DNA from: Klebsiella phage vbKpUKJ_2
Sequence record: PQ505130.1
DNA length: 49,656 nt
Direction: 5' to 3' (one strand)
A program made the position numbers and the translations under genes. How positions within the stretch are numbered: the first letter of the stretch is position 1; every line of letters starts with the position of its first letter. A model generated the notes under the pieces. It was not told the DNA's origin. It saw nothing but the letters and a program-made list of their open reading frames with translations, and ran no database searches. Shown here piece by piece: positions 35,138 through 45,186 of this stretch.

Positions 35138-35166
35138 AAAAGGGGCCGTATGGCCCCTTTATTTTT
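35135..35166. terminator. bidirectional rho-independent terminator
   Basis: A6 then GGGGCCGTATGGCCCC then TTTATTTTT. Lies between convergent genes. Confidence 0.6.
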
Positions 35167-35833
35167 AATCATACCTTGCGCAATCAATAGCGATGCAGGT
35201 GTTTTTCATATCTACGTAGGTGAGATCGCTGGCTGTTCCGCCAGGAGCCTGCGTTAGGTATGCGGTAAGTTGCGTGCTGGAGCCGTTGAAAAATGCCGCC
35301 GCTCCATAGTCTCCCTGGAATGGTCTTGGGTAGGGATCTCGAATAACGCCAACTATCGCACCAAGCTGAACAGGACTAACGGCCCACTTTCCGCCGTTGG
35401 TGACGTTTAGATTAAATCCAGTCCCGTAGGTCTGTACGTCTGAAAGCGTCCTGGTCTCATTGGTCAAAATCAGCGTGCCGTTTTCATCCCAAATCGCAAG
35501 GCCATAACCAGGATTTGATTGTGGGAACACGGAGAAAAAATAAACTTCCGCATATGTGTTTTGCGTGCCAAAAGAAAAAACAACGCTGCAAGTGTTCCCT
35601 TCGTACTTTATTTTTGTGAATGCACCTTTTGGTGATGAGCCATGAAAGACAACGAACGGCACGCATGGGTGGTTAGTGTCGTAAGTTACCGTTCTCACCT
35701 CATCGGAATTGGTTCCACCTCTCAGGGTGATGCTTTGCTTTGATAGCAGTGCCAGTGGGATGCTTTGAGGAGAAACCCAAACATTGCCGCTATCATTGGT
35801 AAGTAAAATCCCGTAATCTGCCATAATCTTCAA
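35165..35833 (-). CDS. hypothetical tail-associated protein
   Basis: 222 aa. Last gene of the tail operon after the J-like gene. Confidence 0.3.
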   Translation of the reverse strand: MKIMADYGILLTNDSGNVWVSPQSIPLALLSKQSITLRGGTNSDEVRTVTYDTNHPCVPFVVFHGSSPKGAFTKIKYEGNTCSVVFSFGTQNTYAEVYFFSVFPQSNPGYGLAIWDENGTLILTNETRTLSDVQTYGTGFNLNVTNGGKWAVSPVQLGAIVGVIRDPYPRPFQGDYGAAAFFNGSSTQLTAYLTQAPGGTASDLTYVDMKNTCIAIDCARYD

Positions 35834-36138
35834 CTCATAATTTGAACGACAATAAAACCTTGCGTCGCCGGGTAGACACCTGATTCCAGCGCATCATCTG
35901 GTGCATCCGAAACAACGATCTGATTTCCGTTAACTGTAATCCTTCTCTTTGATGTGCCGTATTGGTCTTGGTTTGCGACCCAAAAGAAACCCAACCTTAA
36001 ACCAGGTGGAACGTTGTAAGACCATGTTCCGCTTTTCTGACCTTGCGCTAAAGCAATATATCCAGCAACCGAAACAGGGACGATCCCATAGTTGTTGGGG
36101 TTCCCGTTTGCATCCCAGGATTGGAAGCCATAAGCCAT
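35830..36138 (-). CDS. hypothetical tail-associated protein
   Basis: 102 aa. Follows the J-like gene. Confidence 0.3.
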   Translation of the reverse strand: MAYGFQSWDANGNPNNYGIVPVSVAGYIALAQGQKSGTWSYNVPPGLRLGFFWVANQDQYGTSKRRITVNGNQIVVSDAPDDALESGVYPATQGFIVVQIMS

Positions 36139-36183
36139 AAAATATCTCCTTTGGTTAAGCCGGGATTTCTCCCGGCGTTAATT

Positions 36184-39100
36184 TTACCATGTTCCAGTGA
36201 TTCTCCCCAACTGACAACGAACGCGGTTGTTACCATCTCTAACCGTGATGTTCTGGTTAGTTTGCTTGATGGAACCTTCGCCAGATGTTGAACCATAGTT
36301 GACAAAGACGCCATTTTTATCAAGCTGCCAGCCTGCAACGTTCTCTTGAAAGTTGTTGGACTGAATAACGTTACCGATCTTCGCGTTAGTGATTGAGCCA
36401 TCCTGAATAAGAGCGTTATTCATGAACACCTGGTCATTCTGCACAACGAACGGCAATGTGTAAGATCCCGACGCCGCATTGCGGATGATAGCAAATCTAT
36501 CAGCAATGAACAGCACCTGCGAAACAATGCTGCTCCCTTGCGCTGTAAGCTGTAGCGCCATCCCGGAGCTATACTCTTGGCCGTTGTACTTCAAGCCCAG
36601 CTTCATCGTGTACATGGAACCGACGCCATTAACATTTGCCCACGAGTCGAGTTTCTGATCTAGCGCTGCGGAGTTTTGCCCGATTCTGGCATCTAGTGCC
36701 GCCTCGGAGTTTGCCCGCGCCTCGCTCTCGTTTGCAATGGCCTGATTAACCTGTGTAAACCCTGCGGCCATATCCTCGCCGAATTGGGTTTGCAATTGGT
36801 CAATTTGCGTTGCTCTCGTTTCGCTTTCCGTTGCCAGGGCTTGATTAAGAGTCGTGATCTGCGACGTGATATCATCATCAATCTGCGCTCTAAGCTGCGT
36901 AATTTCAGCCGCCCGCGCTTCTGATTCGTTGGCAATCAGCACCGTAGTATGCGCGATCTCTGCCTTCCGCTTACCGTTCTCCTTCGTCATTCTCCTAACG
37001 TCTGCATCATTCGCCAGCGCATTCTGAATGATGCTGTTCGCGTAGTCATTGAGTTTTGCCGCGCTATCCTGTGCGCTTTCCTGTAGCTCCTTCATCGCGT
37101 CACTGTCCAGGATCTCATCCAGGATCGCATCCGTGATGATGTTAACGTCAGTAGACGCCATGCCGCGAGCGTAATCAGTCCATTCTGAAACGTTGCCGAT
37201 CCGGTCTACGCTTCTGGCTTTGTAGAAGTTCACGTAGCCAGCGGGCAAAATTGAATGCCAGTATTCAGCCGCCGGGTAAGGAATCAGTGTAAGCAGGCTT
37301 GCATCCTGATCGGTTCCGCTTTGCGACTGGTAAAGCTCAATGTATGCCGTGTCTTCCGCTCCTTCGGGCATGGCCCACTTAACGCGAATGCCGAAGATCT
37401 CATTGTCCGACGCAAAAAGGTTAATCGGGCCTTTTGGCGCTCCGACTTTCCCGGTCAGTGTGGCGGTTGCCAATGCAGACCACGGAGACGCTACATTCCC
37501 ACCGCTAATGCACCTCACGCGGGCCTGATACTCGCCAGCATAGATGCCTTCGATATCAACCTGCGTTGTCGCAGTGCGAGGAACGTTGTTCCAGTTACCG
37601 CCATCCTTACGCCATTGCACCTCGTACATTTTTGCGTATTGCACGGCAGACCAGCCGATCACCATCGTTTCGACGCTCATTCCCTGAACAATGCGAGAAA
37701 ACGAGCTAATCGTTAAGTCTTTCGGAGCACCCATTGAATCCGGGTCGACAACCGAAGTTGGTCGGCCATCGGTAATTACCCCATTGTCGATCGCGTCATA
37801 CTTGTTCGGGTCGTACTGCGTAGCCGTGATGGCAAATGTGAACTCGTCATCATCGCTGCCTTTTTCGATTCTGGTTACTACATACTGTTCCGCTGCAAGC
37901 TGATCACTTTCGATCAGGAACACGCTGTCAGGCGCAACGTCAAAGTTATACCCAACGTTTAGCGTGAGGGTCTTACCGTCCGCCGAAACGCTGGCGATTG
38001 TGCGTCGCACAGGCTTGCCGTCGTCGGTATTCAGGATCAGAGTGTCGCCAGCCTTCGCGTCGCAGCGGTAGGCCAGGAACACCTGCACGCCAGATACTTC
38101 CATAACGCGGCCTGATAGCACCAGGTTAAAGGCCGATTGCCAGTGCGGATCTGCAACGTAAATTACATCGCCGCAAGAAGGAATCATACCTTCCAGACCA
38201 GTAGAAAACGAAACGGTTGTGGCGCTTAGGTTCGTTTGCAGAATCCAACGCCCACGGCGGTTCGCCTCCGTCCTTCTGGTGCATCCGATCGCTGTAATGC
38301 TGGTCGGGTTGTGTCCGAACCGCATAGCTGCGTCCGGGTTGAATACTGGTTCAACATCCTGCTCGTACTGGTTTTCTTCGTCGTCGAACATGACGTTGCA
38401 CGAAGTGTACATTGTCTTTTCGCTTGGGAACGTCCTAACGAACACGCCATCAACGACGTTATCAGCCGTAAACAGGTACACCGGATCGCGCGGCTTATCG
38501 ACGATAATCGAAAGGCTTTCCCCGTTGTAGAACGTCATTCCACGGAACGCGGAACAAATATCCCTTACCAACTGGAACGCCTCAACCTGCGACTGAACAA
38601 TTACATCCATCAAATAGCGCGGTTCCATCCCGCCGCGATTGTCCGGCACAAGCTCATCACAGTATTGCGCCACCTCGTACAGCGACCACTTATCAACCGG
38701 AATTCCTAGCTCGCGCTGGTCTAAGCCATAGCGCTGATTCATGATCAGATCATAAAGAACCCAGGCCGGGTTGTTGCTCCACGCCCACTTAAAAACACCG
38801 TCCCACGTCCCGGAGTATGTGCGATTAATCGGATCGTAATTACTCGGAACCTGAATAATTTTCCATTTCTTTTTGAGTGAGATTGTGGGGATCTGGTTCT
38901 GGAACAGATCGCTATCAAACTCAACGTAAAGCATGGCCGTTAACGGGTAGCGGAATTTTGCGTCAATGACTTCAGCGTAGGATTGAACCTGGAAGGCATC
39001 GACAACCTTCACCCCGTCAGCGTCCGGAGTTACTCGGCTTACGCGGATAAGCACCTGCGACGTGAAGTTTTGCGGCAGGTTAACGCGGATGCTCCGATCG

Positions 39101-39609
39101 TAACCGCCAGTCGTGTTCTTGCCGTCAATTTTGCCCGTTAGGTAGGTCTGATAACTTGCGCCGTCTACCGCCATCTCGATCTTGTACTCAACAACCGATC
39201 CGACCATATCGCCGTTATCTTTTTGCGTAAGCACGCGCGGCCATAACAGGCGAAAGCGAATAGCGGAAAGATTCTTGTTCGATACGGTGAGCGTGTAAGG
39301 CGTATTGTAAGTAACGTCACGAGCAACCTGGAATTCAGCGCTTGATTCGCTGAAACCCTGGATGTAGTCCTGCGTTTGCGTGCCGGGGCGGAACTCGGCA
39401 ATCACGCCTTCATAGTTGTAAGTTCCATCCTCGTTCTGAACCGGAACTCCGCCAAAATGCAACTGCTTTAAGCTGAAGTCATTAACCACTTCACCATCCG
39501 AAACAGCAAGCAACAATTTAACCTTATCTTTTGAGATCAGGTTATCTGGCATTTCTACCGGGGTACGCGGCGAACTTGAGCCACCCTTACGGGCCTTGAT
39601 ATTAGTCAT
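36184..39609 (-). CDS. central tail tip / host specificity protein (lambda gpJ-like)
   Basis: 1141 aa, downstream of the I/K/L/M homologues. Confidence 0.65.
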   Translation of the reverse strand: MTNIKARKGGSSSPRTPVEMPDNLISKDKVKLLLAVSDGEVVNDFSLKQLHFGGVPVQNEDGTYNYEGVIAEFRPGTQTQDYIQGFSESSAEFQVARDVTYNTPYTLTVSNKNLSAIRFRLLWPRVLTQKDNGDMVGSVVEYKIEMAVDGASYQTYLTGKIDGKNTTGGYDRSIRVNLPQNFTSQVLIRVSRVTPDADGVKVVDAFQVQSYAEVIDAKFRYPLTAMLYVEFDSDLFQNQIPTISLKKKWKIIQVPSNYDPINRTYSGTWDGVFKWAWSNNPAWVLYDLIMNQRYGLDQRELGIPVDKWSLYEVAQYCDELVPDNRGGMEPRYLMDVIVQSQVEAFQLVRDICSAFRGMTFYNGESLSIIVDKPRDPVYLFTADNVVDGVFVRTFPSEKTMYTSCNVMFDDEENQYEQDVEPVFNPDAAMRFGHNPTSITAIGCTRRTEANRRGRWILQTNLSATTVSFSTGLEGMIPSCGDVIYVADPHWQSAFNLVLSGRVMEVSGVQVFLAYRCDAKAGDTLILNTDDGKPVRRTIASVSADGKTLTLNVGYNFDVAPDSVFLIESDQLAAEQYVVTRIEKGSDDDEFTFAITATQYDPNKYDAIDNGVITDGRPTSVVDPDSMGAPKDLTISSFSRIVQGMSVETMVIGWSAVQYAKMYEVQWRKDGGNWNNVPRTATTQVDIEGIYAGEYQARVRCISGGNVASPWSALATATLTGKVGAPKGPINLFASDNEIFGIRVKWAMPEGAEDTAYIELYQSQSGTDQDASLLTLIPYPAAEYWHSILPAGYVNFYKARSVDRIGNVSEWTDYARGMASTDVNIITDAILDEILDSDAMKELQESAQDSAAKLNDYANSIIQNALANDADVRRMTKENGKRKAEIAHTTVLIANESEARAAEITQLRAQIDDDITSQITTLNQALATESETRATQIDQLQTQFGEDMAAGFTQVNQAIANESEARANSEAALDARIGQNSAALDQKLDSWANVNGVGSMYTMKLGLKYNGQEYSSGMALQLTAQGSSIVSQVLFIADRFAIIRNAASGSYTLPFVVQNDQVFMNNALIQDGSITNAKIGNVIQSNNFQENVAGWQLDKNGVFVNYGSTSGEGSIKQTNQNITVRDGNNRVRCQLGRITGTW

Positions 39610-39696
39610 CGTTTAGCCTCCTGTTAATAGTCTCGCAATTGTACACGACAAAAAGCCCGGAGGCTATGCCCCCAGGCTAAAAAGCGAATCGCTTAA

Positions 39697-40299
39697 TTAG
39701 TTGTTGTCTTCAGCGTAAGATCCCGAACCGAACAATGCGCCGCCAGCCAATCTGTAACCGTATGGCAATTGGATTGGATACCCAGCCGCCGTGGTGTTAA
39801 TCGGCCCGCCGAACGCATAAGATGGCTTGTTCTCAGGTGATTCGCTAGCCCGCATGTTGCCGCCCATCTGCGGAGCGATCATCTGCATTACGCCACCTAA
39901 AACCATCGAGCCGCCAGCCATAAAGGCCGCCGATGAAAAAGCGCCCATAGCCGCCAGAGAGCCGCCGCCAGTAAAGAAGGCCGCAACCATAATCGCTGCG
40001 CCGATAACGACCTGTAACAACCCGCCATTCTTTCTGGCTTTTGGGATCGGGATGATTCTGATCTCCCTCGCCACGGCAAAAGTCGCAAGGTCGTTCGCGC
40101 TGATTGGTTTTCCGTCGGCGACAACGCCAAAGCGCATATTTAAACCAACCTTGCTCTGCATGAAGGGCTTAAACCCCTCAACCTGGTAAGACAGCGCCCG
40201 GATACATTCAGTAACCGAATCAACCGCAAGCCTGTGGAATACGCCGAACCGACGCCCCAGGGAACCAGAAAGTTTAATCGTCTTTGTATGTGATGCCAT
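39697..40299 (-). CDS. tail assembly protein (lambda gpI-like)
   Basis: 200 aa with Gly/Ala-rich hydrophobic C-terminus. Positioned between K and J. Confidence 0.45.
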   Translation of the reverse strand: MASHTKTIKLSGSLGRRFGVFHRLAVDSVTECIRALSYQVEGFKPFMQSKVGLNMRFGVVADGKPISANDLATFAVAREIRIIPIPKARKNGGLLQVVIGAAIMVAAFFTGGGSLAAMGAFSSAAFMAGGSMVLGGVMQMIAPQMGGNMRASESPENKPSYAFGGPINTTAAGYPIQLPYGYRLAGGALFGSGSYAEDNN

Positions 40300-41023
40300 G
40301 TTTAAGCTCCTTGTGCCTGCAAATTAAAACCTTATGCTGCTCGTACCATCCAGAATAGATATCCCGGCGAGACAGCTTGCCATATGCGTGATGAAGGATG
40401 TTGTTATTTCCAACGTAAATCCCCGCGTGATTCCACTTCTCCGCCTGAAGCTGGAAGATGATCATATCGCCAACTTCAGGCTCGCCAGTGTTTTCAATGA
40501 ATCCGTCCTCTTGCCAGTAATCCTGGTAAAGATTCTCTTTGTATTCCGGCTTCCACCATTCGAACGGTACTCGCCGATCTTTTAGTGTGACGCCGTGGCG
40601 CTTGTGAAAATCCATGATGAGGCCATAGCAATCGTAAGCGCCCAACGCCCAGGGGCGACCAATCAGCGGACGGCGCTTAGGCTCAATAATTCGCATATCA
40701 CCTTCCGGGATGGATACGATAACCCACGACAAGCCAGATTCATCACAAAAGCACAAATCAGTGGCGCTTGGGGTCGTGGTTGCCCCGTCGCCAGTATGAG
40801 AATGAACGAATGCGATCGGCTCGCCATCCATTGCCGCCAGCGCATACTGCGTTTCGTCCGGCATTGATTCGTTCTCAGGATCTGGAGAAACGTTGTCTAG
40901 TCGGTGATATTTTTGCACGCGTGATTTTTGCGTTACCAGCCCAGCGCATTCGTGCGGGTAGACTTCCTTCGCGTGCTGCATGATCTGCATTTTGATTTTC
41001 GGAGTTAACATATTAGCTACCAC
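40274..41023 (-). CDS. tail assembly protein (lambda gpK-like, MPN/JAB + NlpC/P60)
   Basis: JAMM-like HSHTGDGATTTPSATD, followed by a Cys/His peptidase-like region. Confidence 0.55.
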   Translation of the reverse strand: MVANMLTPKIKMQIMQHAKEVYPHECAGLVTQKSRVQKYHRLDNVSPDPENESMPDETQYALAAMDGEPIAFVHSHTGDGATTTPSATDLCFCDESGLSWVIVSIPEGDMRIIEPKRRPLIGRPWALGAYDCYGLIMDFHKRHGVTLKDRRVPFEWWKPEYKENLYQDYWQEDGFIENTGEPEVGDMIIFQLQAEKWNHAGIYVGNNNILHHAYGKLSRRDIYSGWYEQHKVLICRHKELKHGITYKDD

Positions 41024-41804
41024 TCTTTAACGTTGCTGTCGCACAACCGCCAAAACTCAACGGTTCATCTCCAAAACGAAGCCTGCAAGAAGACACCAGG
41101 CCGCCGCAAACATCTTGCGCCGGGTCGTCAACCCTGTTCCCTAACTTGTCGAAATATCCGTTCTGCCCGTTGTAGTCGCAGCCGTTGCCTGACTTATACC
41201 ACCCGCGCTGCGCCCAATAACAAACGGTTTGCGTTAGGCGGGCCGGGATCATCAATCCATCCATATCAAACACGGATGTTAATTCGAAGGTTGCCTTTTG
41301 CGGGTCGACTTGTTTTGGGCGCTCGATGTAGTAAATGAATCGCCTAAAATCGCCGTCATTAACGCTGCCGTCGACGTTTAGCAAATCCTTGACCAAAACC
41401 CATACCGTAACTTTGGCTTGCATAAGGCCGTTGTAGGCGCGAATAAGAGCACTCGCTTGCGCATCAATATTGCTAACCGTCAGCGTCGGCTTTTCCACCG
41501 TGCCATCACTCGACATTGCGATCCCGCCCAGGCCGAACGGGCGCGGGCCGTACTGCTCGCCGCGAAACGTGATCATCTTGGGCTGAAGCGTCCCGCCGTT
41601 CACCGCCGCTAAAAGCTCCTCGGTTGTATAGGCGACGTTCTCATTATGGAATCGGTAGACCTGCCCGCCGAACTTTGTGGCGTCGATATCAATCAGCGTT
41701 AGGATCTCGCCGGGGAAAAGTTTTTGTAAGCAGTTCGCAAACTCTTTTGAAACACTGGCTGTCATTGTAAGCCCTCCTTTAGTTGACTCCAGATCATAGG
41801 CCAA
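41013..41804 (-). CDS. minor tail protein (lambda gpL-like)
   Basis: 263 aa with C-terminal Cys cluster CGGLVSSCRLRFGDEPLSFGGC. Confidence 0.5.
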   Translation of the reverse strand: MAYDLESTKGGLTMTASVSKEFANCLQKLFPGEILTLIDIDATKFGGQVYRFHNENVAYTTEELLAAVNGGTLQPKMITFRGEQYGPRPFGLGGIAMSSDGTVEKPTLTVSNIDAQASALIRAYNGLMQAKVTVWVLVKDLLNVDGSVNDGDFRRFIYYIERPKQVDPQKATFELTSVFDMDGLMIPARLTQTVCYWAQRGWYKSGNGCDYNGQNGYFDKLGNRVDDPAQDVCGGLVSSCRLRFGDEPLSFGGCATATLKSGS

Positions 41805-41828
41805 AAAAAAGCACCCGTAAAGGGCGCT
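41803..41828 (-). terminator. terminator-like hairpin inside tail operon
   Basis: Minus-strand AGCGCCCTTTACGGGTGCT followed by T8, between the M-like and L-like genes. Confidence 0.35.
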
Positions 41829-41834
41829 TTTGGA

Positions 41835-42179
41835 TTATCCGGCTGAAGTGAAGCGTTCGGCAAACTCCGCCGTTACCTCAAACACCCCGCCACCCTGCGG
41901 AGCAAGGTTAACGGAGTCGGCAGTTACGACAAATACGCCCGCCCTTCCATCCGGGGCCGTCCATACAAACGGCTTAGTTACGTGCTCCTGGCAGAAGTCA
42001 TAAACCTCCGCCCAATCCGAACCACCATAAACGATCGGAACCGTCCGGCGCTTTGTGTTAATGCCGCTCGACGCTGTTTGGATGTAGCCATTTCCGAAGC
42101 TGATCGAGCGAATGTTGTTGGAGATGGCGACTTTTGCCGCCCCTCCTTGAATTTGAGTACACCAGTTAAAAGAATCCAC
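41835..42179 (-). CDS. minor tail protein (lambda gpM-like)
   Basis: 114 aa, immediately after the tape measure gene. Confidence 0.45.
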   Translation of the reverse strand: MDSFNWCTQIQGGAAKVAISNNIRSISFGNGYIQTASSGINTKRRTVPIVYGGSDWAEVYDFCQEHVTKPFVWTAPDGRAGVFVVTADSVNLAPQGGGVFEVTAEFAERFTSAG

Positions 42180-42181
42180 TG

Positions 42182-45148
42182 TTACCCCCTCACTTTCTCA
42201 TTTACGAACTTCGCAATGCGCCCGTTTTGGCTCAAAGCCTCGGTGAACATATCGTTAACGATCTGCCTTACGCCCTGCTCTAACCCCTTGCTATCCTGAC
42301 CGGAACCCATCGTGATGTTAATATCACCGATAGTGAACACCATCGCCGCCGATGCCGCAACGTTGCCGCCGTTGGTAATTCCAGATCCTGAACTTGCGTT
42401 ACCGCCAACCAAGCCGCCACTTGCATAGCCGCGCATTAGTCGGTACAGGTTTTCCGGGCCTAACCTTTGCGTCGCCTCCTTCGTGAACACGAACTCCCCG
42501 CCGTGAACAACGCCTTTTGGCTCATACTTCCCGCCGTCGCCAGTGTAACCACCGCCGGAAAATCCCTTGCTGAACATGTTGGCGAAGCTGAACGTGCCGC
42601 CACCACCAAACGCGGCAGAAAGCGAGTTAAACAGCGCCATCTTGATAAGCATGTTGGTAATGTCAGTGATCACGCTCTTTGCAAAGTCGCTAAAGCTGGC
42701 CTTACCAGTCATGACAAAATCAGTCAGCACGCTCGCCATTCCGCTAAATGCGTTTTGGGTGATATCCCCGATGTTGCCGTATACGTTGTTAACTTCGTCG
42801 CCAATATCAGCCCACGCATGAGTGAACCCGGCCTTCCAGTTCAGCATCTGCGCATCTTGCTGTGCGTAGAATTTATTGCTTGCATCCTGCATGGCTTTAA
42901 ATCCAGGGTCACTTAAAGATCCGCCGTTGTTTTTCCAGTCAGCCGCCATCTGCGCATTGGCCCGGTATCTCTCCTGCTCCTTGCTACCCATTCCGGCGGT
43001 ATCCTGTAGCGCTTTGGTTTTCTCCGCCATCTGGTTTTGATACTTGGTCGACTTGTCAAGCAATGCGTTCAGTCGCTGCTGCTGAACAATCTGATCTCCC
43101 ACAATGGCCTTTTGCTCTGCCATGTACAGGATATTCTTTTTGTTAGCCAGCATCTGCTGTTCGCTTTGGGTCAGTTTTCGCTTCTGGCTCGCCTCCTCCA
43201 AAACCTGGAATTTAGCAACCGTCTCGAAGTAGTCCTTGCGCTGCTGGCTGATCTTGTCGTCAAGACCTTTGTGCTGCTGCAAAACCTTCAACTGCGCCTG
43301 GAGCGATAGCAGTTCAGCCTGATACTGTTCATCAATTTTTACGCCCGCGTCTGCCTGCTGCTTCCTTGCGTTGCGGTTTTTCAGGATGTTCTGTTCTTCC
43401 TGATTTACGCGTTCCTTCGTTTTGCTGCTGTACCCGCCAGAAAGGGTTTTGTCCTTCGCGGCATCAATGTAACCCATCTCGCCTTTTGCGATCCTTGTCT
43501 GCTGTTCCGCAATGGTTTTTGCAAGCTCGGCGGATTTGGCTTTCGAGTCCTTGATTAACTGCTCCTGCTGCGCCAGAAAGTCATTCCCAAAGTCTCCCAT
43601 GCCGGGAATTTTCTGTAGCTGTCGGCCAGCGTCAACGATGAACTGCGCGATCATGGCGTCTCCGTCGGCAATCAACTTCCTGATCGTGTTGATGATCGCC
43701 GAAACCGTGTCAACGATAAGGTTTAGCGCCCCGACCGTGTGATCACCTACCCACTTCCATGAGTCAGCCGCCCATTTTTTAATATCCGTCCACATCGTTT
43801 CGAGCGGCGTTGCGCTGTCCGCGATATCTTTAAGGCGCTTGTCCATAGTATCAGCAAACAGTTTTGTCGCCGCATCTGCTGCTGCCGTCTCGCCTTTGGT
43901 TTTACGCAAAGATTCGATGTAGGTTAGCTGGCCCTCTTTCAGAAAATTAAAACGCTCATTGAGATCGGCAAGCCCCTTAACAGGGTCTTTTACGATCGAA
44001 TCAAAATACCCTGTGATCGTCTTCTCGCTCTCACCCGTCTGCGCCGACCATTCCGCCGTAGTTTTCGTGATCTGCTTAATCTGGTTAATGGTGTACTTAC
44101 CAGAACTGGCGAGCGATGTTGCGATTTCCTGAATGCTGCCAATCGTGGCCGATGAGTTTTTGTTAATCTCTTCGGTTAAGGCTGTGATCTGCCCGGTGGT
44201 GGTCGAAGCATAGCCACCAGTCAGCACCAGCGCATTCGCCAGTTCTCGTTGCGCACGCCATGAGTCATAACCAGCTTTAGCGATTGCCGCCAGGGCGATA
44301 CCCAACGACGCAGCACCAACCGTTAGCGGGTTGATGTAGCTCAACAACACCTTAAACGTATTGCTCAAGCCGCCGAAGCTATCCTTGATTTGCCCGCCCT
44401 GCTGCACCGCAACCAGCCAGATTGGCATACCTGAAGCGAGCGACGTTACAATGTCAGTGATCTGCATCGGTAACTGGCGCATGGCCATTTTATATTGCCC
44501 GGCAGAAATGCCAGCCAGGCCCATAGCGTTTTGCTGTCGCTTTAACGCCTGTTCTTGCTGTTTCAGCGCGTTAATGAACGGGGCAGCTTCTGCCGACACG
44601 CCCAATTGCGCCGCCTTCATTTCCAGCAGTTCGGCGCGTGTTTTCCCGATGGAGTCAACCTGCTGTTTCAGACTGGCGACAAAATCACGCCCGGCGTTTG
44701 CCGCCTTCTGCTTTGCCTCCGCCTCTGCGATTGCTGCGCGACCTTCTTCGGTTAGCGCCGCCTGCTGCCGCCGGAGTTGGTTGGTGGTAGATTCGATGAT
44801 AGCGCCCAGGCGGAAAAATTCCTTATCTGGAACAAGCCCCAAAGCCCATGCTTTATCAAGTTCTTCTGTCGCTTTGCGCAAGTTGGCCATTTTTGAGATC
44901 GTGGGATCGATGGCGCTTGCGATCCTGCTAAAGCTGGTTTTTGATTTGTCAGTCTCTTGCTTCTGGCGCTGCAACGCGCGGTTCATTTCCTCGGTCTGTG
45001 CCGTGGCCCGCCTTTCAGCGTCCGCAAGTGACTGTAGGCCAGCGCCCGTTTGCTGGCTTTGGTTTTTCAGTTCTGCGAGTGATCGTACCGCTTTGTCAAC
45101 CTGCGAAACGTCAACGCCAAACGTCAACCCAGCTACTTTATCAGCCAT
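42182..45148 (-). CDS. tail tape measure protein
   Basis: 988 aa with long coiled-coil and Gln/Ala-rich segments. Downstream of the G/GT chaperone genes. Confidence 0.7.
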   Translation of the reverse strand: MADKVAGLTFGVDVSQVDKAVRSLAELKNQSQQTGAGLQSLADAERRATAQTEEMNRALQRQKQETDKSKTSFSRIASAIDPTISKMANLRKATEELDKAWALGLVPDKEFFRLGAIIESTTNQLRRQQAALTEEGRAAIAEAEAKQKAANAGRDFVASLKQQVDSIGKTRAELLEMKAAQLGVSAEAAPFINALKQQEQALKRQQNAMGLAGISAGQYKMAMRQLPMQITDIVTSLASGMPIWLVAVQQGGQIKDSFGGLSNTFKVLLSYINPLTVGAASLGIALAAIAKAGYDSWRAQRELANALVLTGGYASTTTGQITALTEEINKNSSATIGSIQEIATSLASSGKYTINQIKQITKTTAEWSAQTGESEKTITGYFDSIVKDPVKGLADLNERFNFLKEGQLTYIESLRKTKGETAAADAATKLFADTMDKRLKDIADSATPLETMWTDIKKWAADSWKWVGDHTVGALNLIVDTVSAIINTIRKLIADGDAMIAQFIVDAGRQLQKIPGMGDFGNDFLAQQEQLIKDSKAKSAELAKTIAEQQTRIAKGEMGYIDAAKDKTLSGGYSSKTKERVNQEEQNILKNRNARKQQADAGVKIDEQYQAELLSLQAQLKVLQQHKGLDDKISQQRKDYFETVAKFQVLEEASQKRKLTQSEQQMLANKKNILYMAEQKAIVGDQIVQQQRLNALLDKSTKYQNQMAEKTKALQDTAGMGSKEQERYRANAQMAADWKNNGGSLSDPGFKAMQDASNKFYAQQDAQMLNWKAGFTHAWADIGDEVNNVYGNIGDITQNAFSGMASVLTDFVMTGKASFSDFAKSVITDITNMLIKMALFNSLSAAFGGGGTFSFANMFSKGFSGGGYTGDGGKYEPKGVVHGGEFVFTKEATQRLGPENLYRLMRGYASGGLVGGNASSGSGITNGGNVAASAAMVFTIGDINITMGSGQDSKGLEQGVRQIVNDMFTEALSQNGRIAKFVNEKVRG

Positions 45149-45164
45149 GTTTAGCCCCCATATG

Positions 45165-45186
45165 AAAAAAGCGCCCGTAGGCGCTT
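45165..45186 (-). terminator. terminator-like hairpin between chaperone and tape measure genes
   Basis: Minus-strand AAGCGCCTACGGGCGCTT followed by T6. Nearly identical to the hairpin at 49359-49376. Confidence 0.35.
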
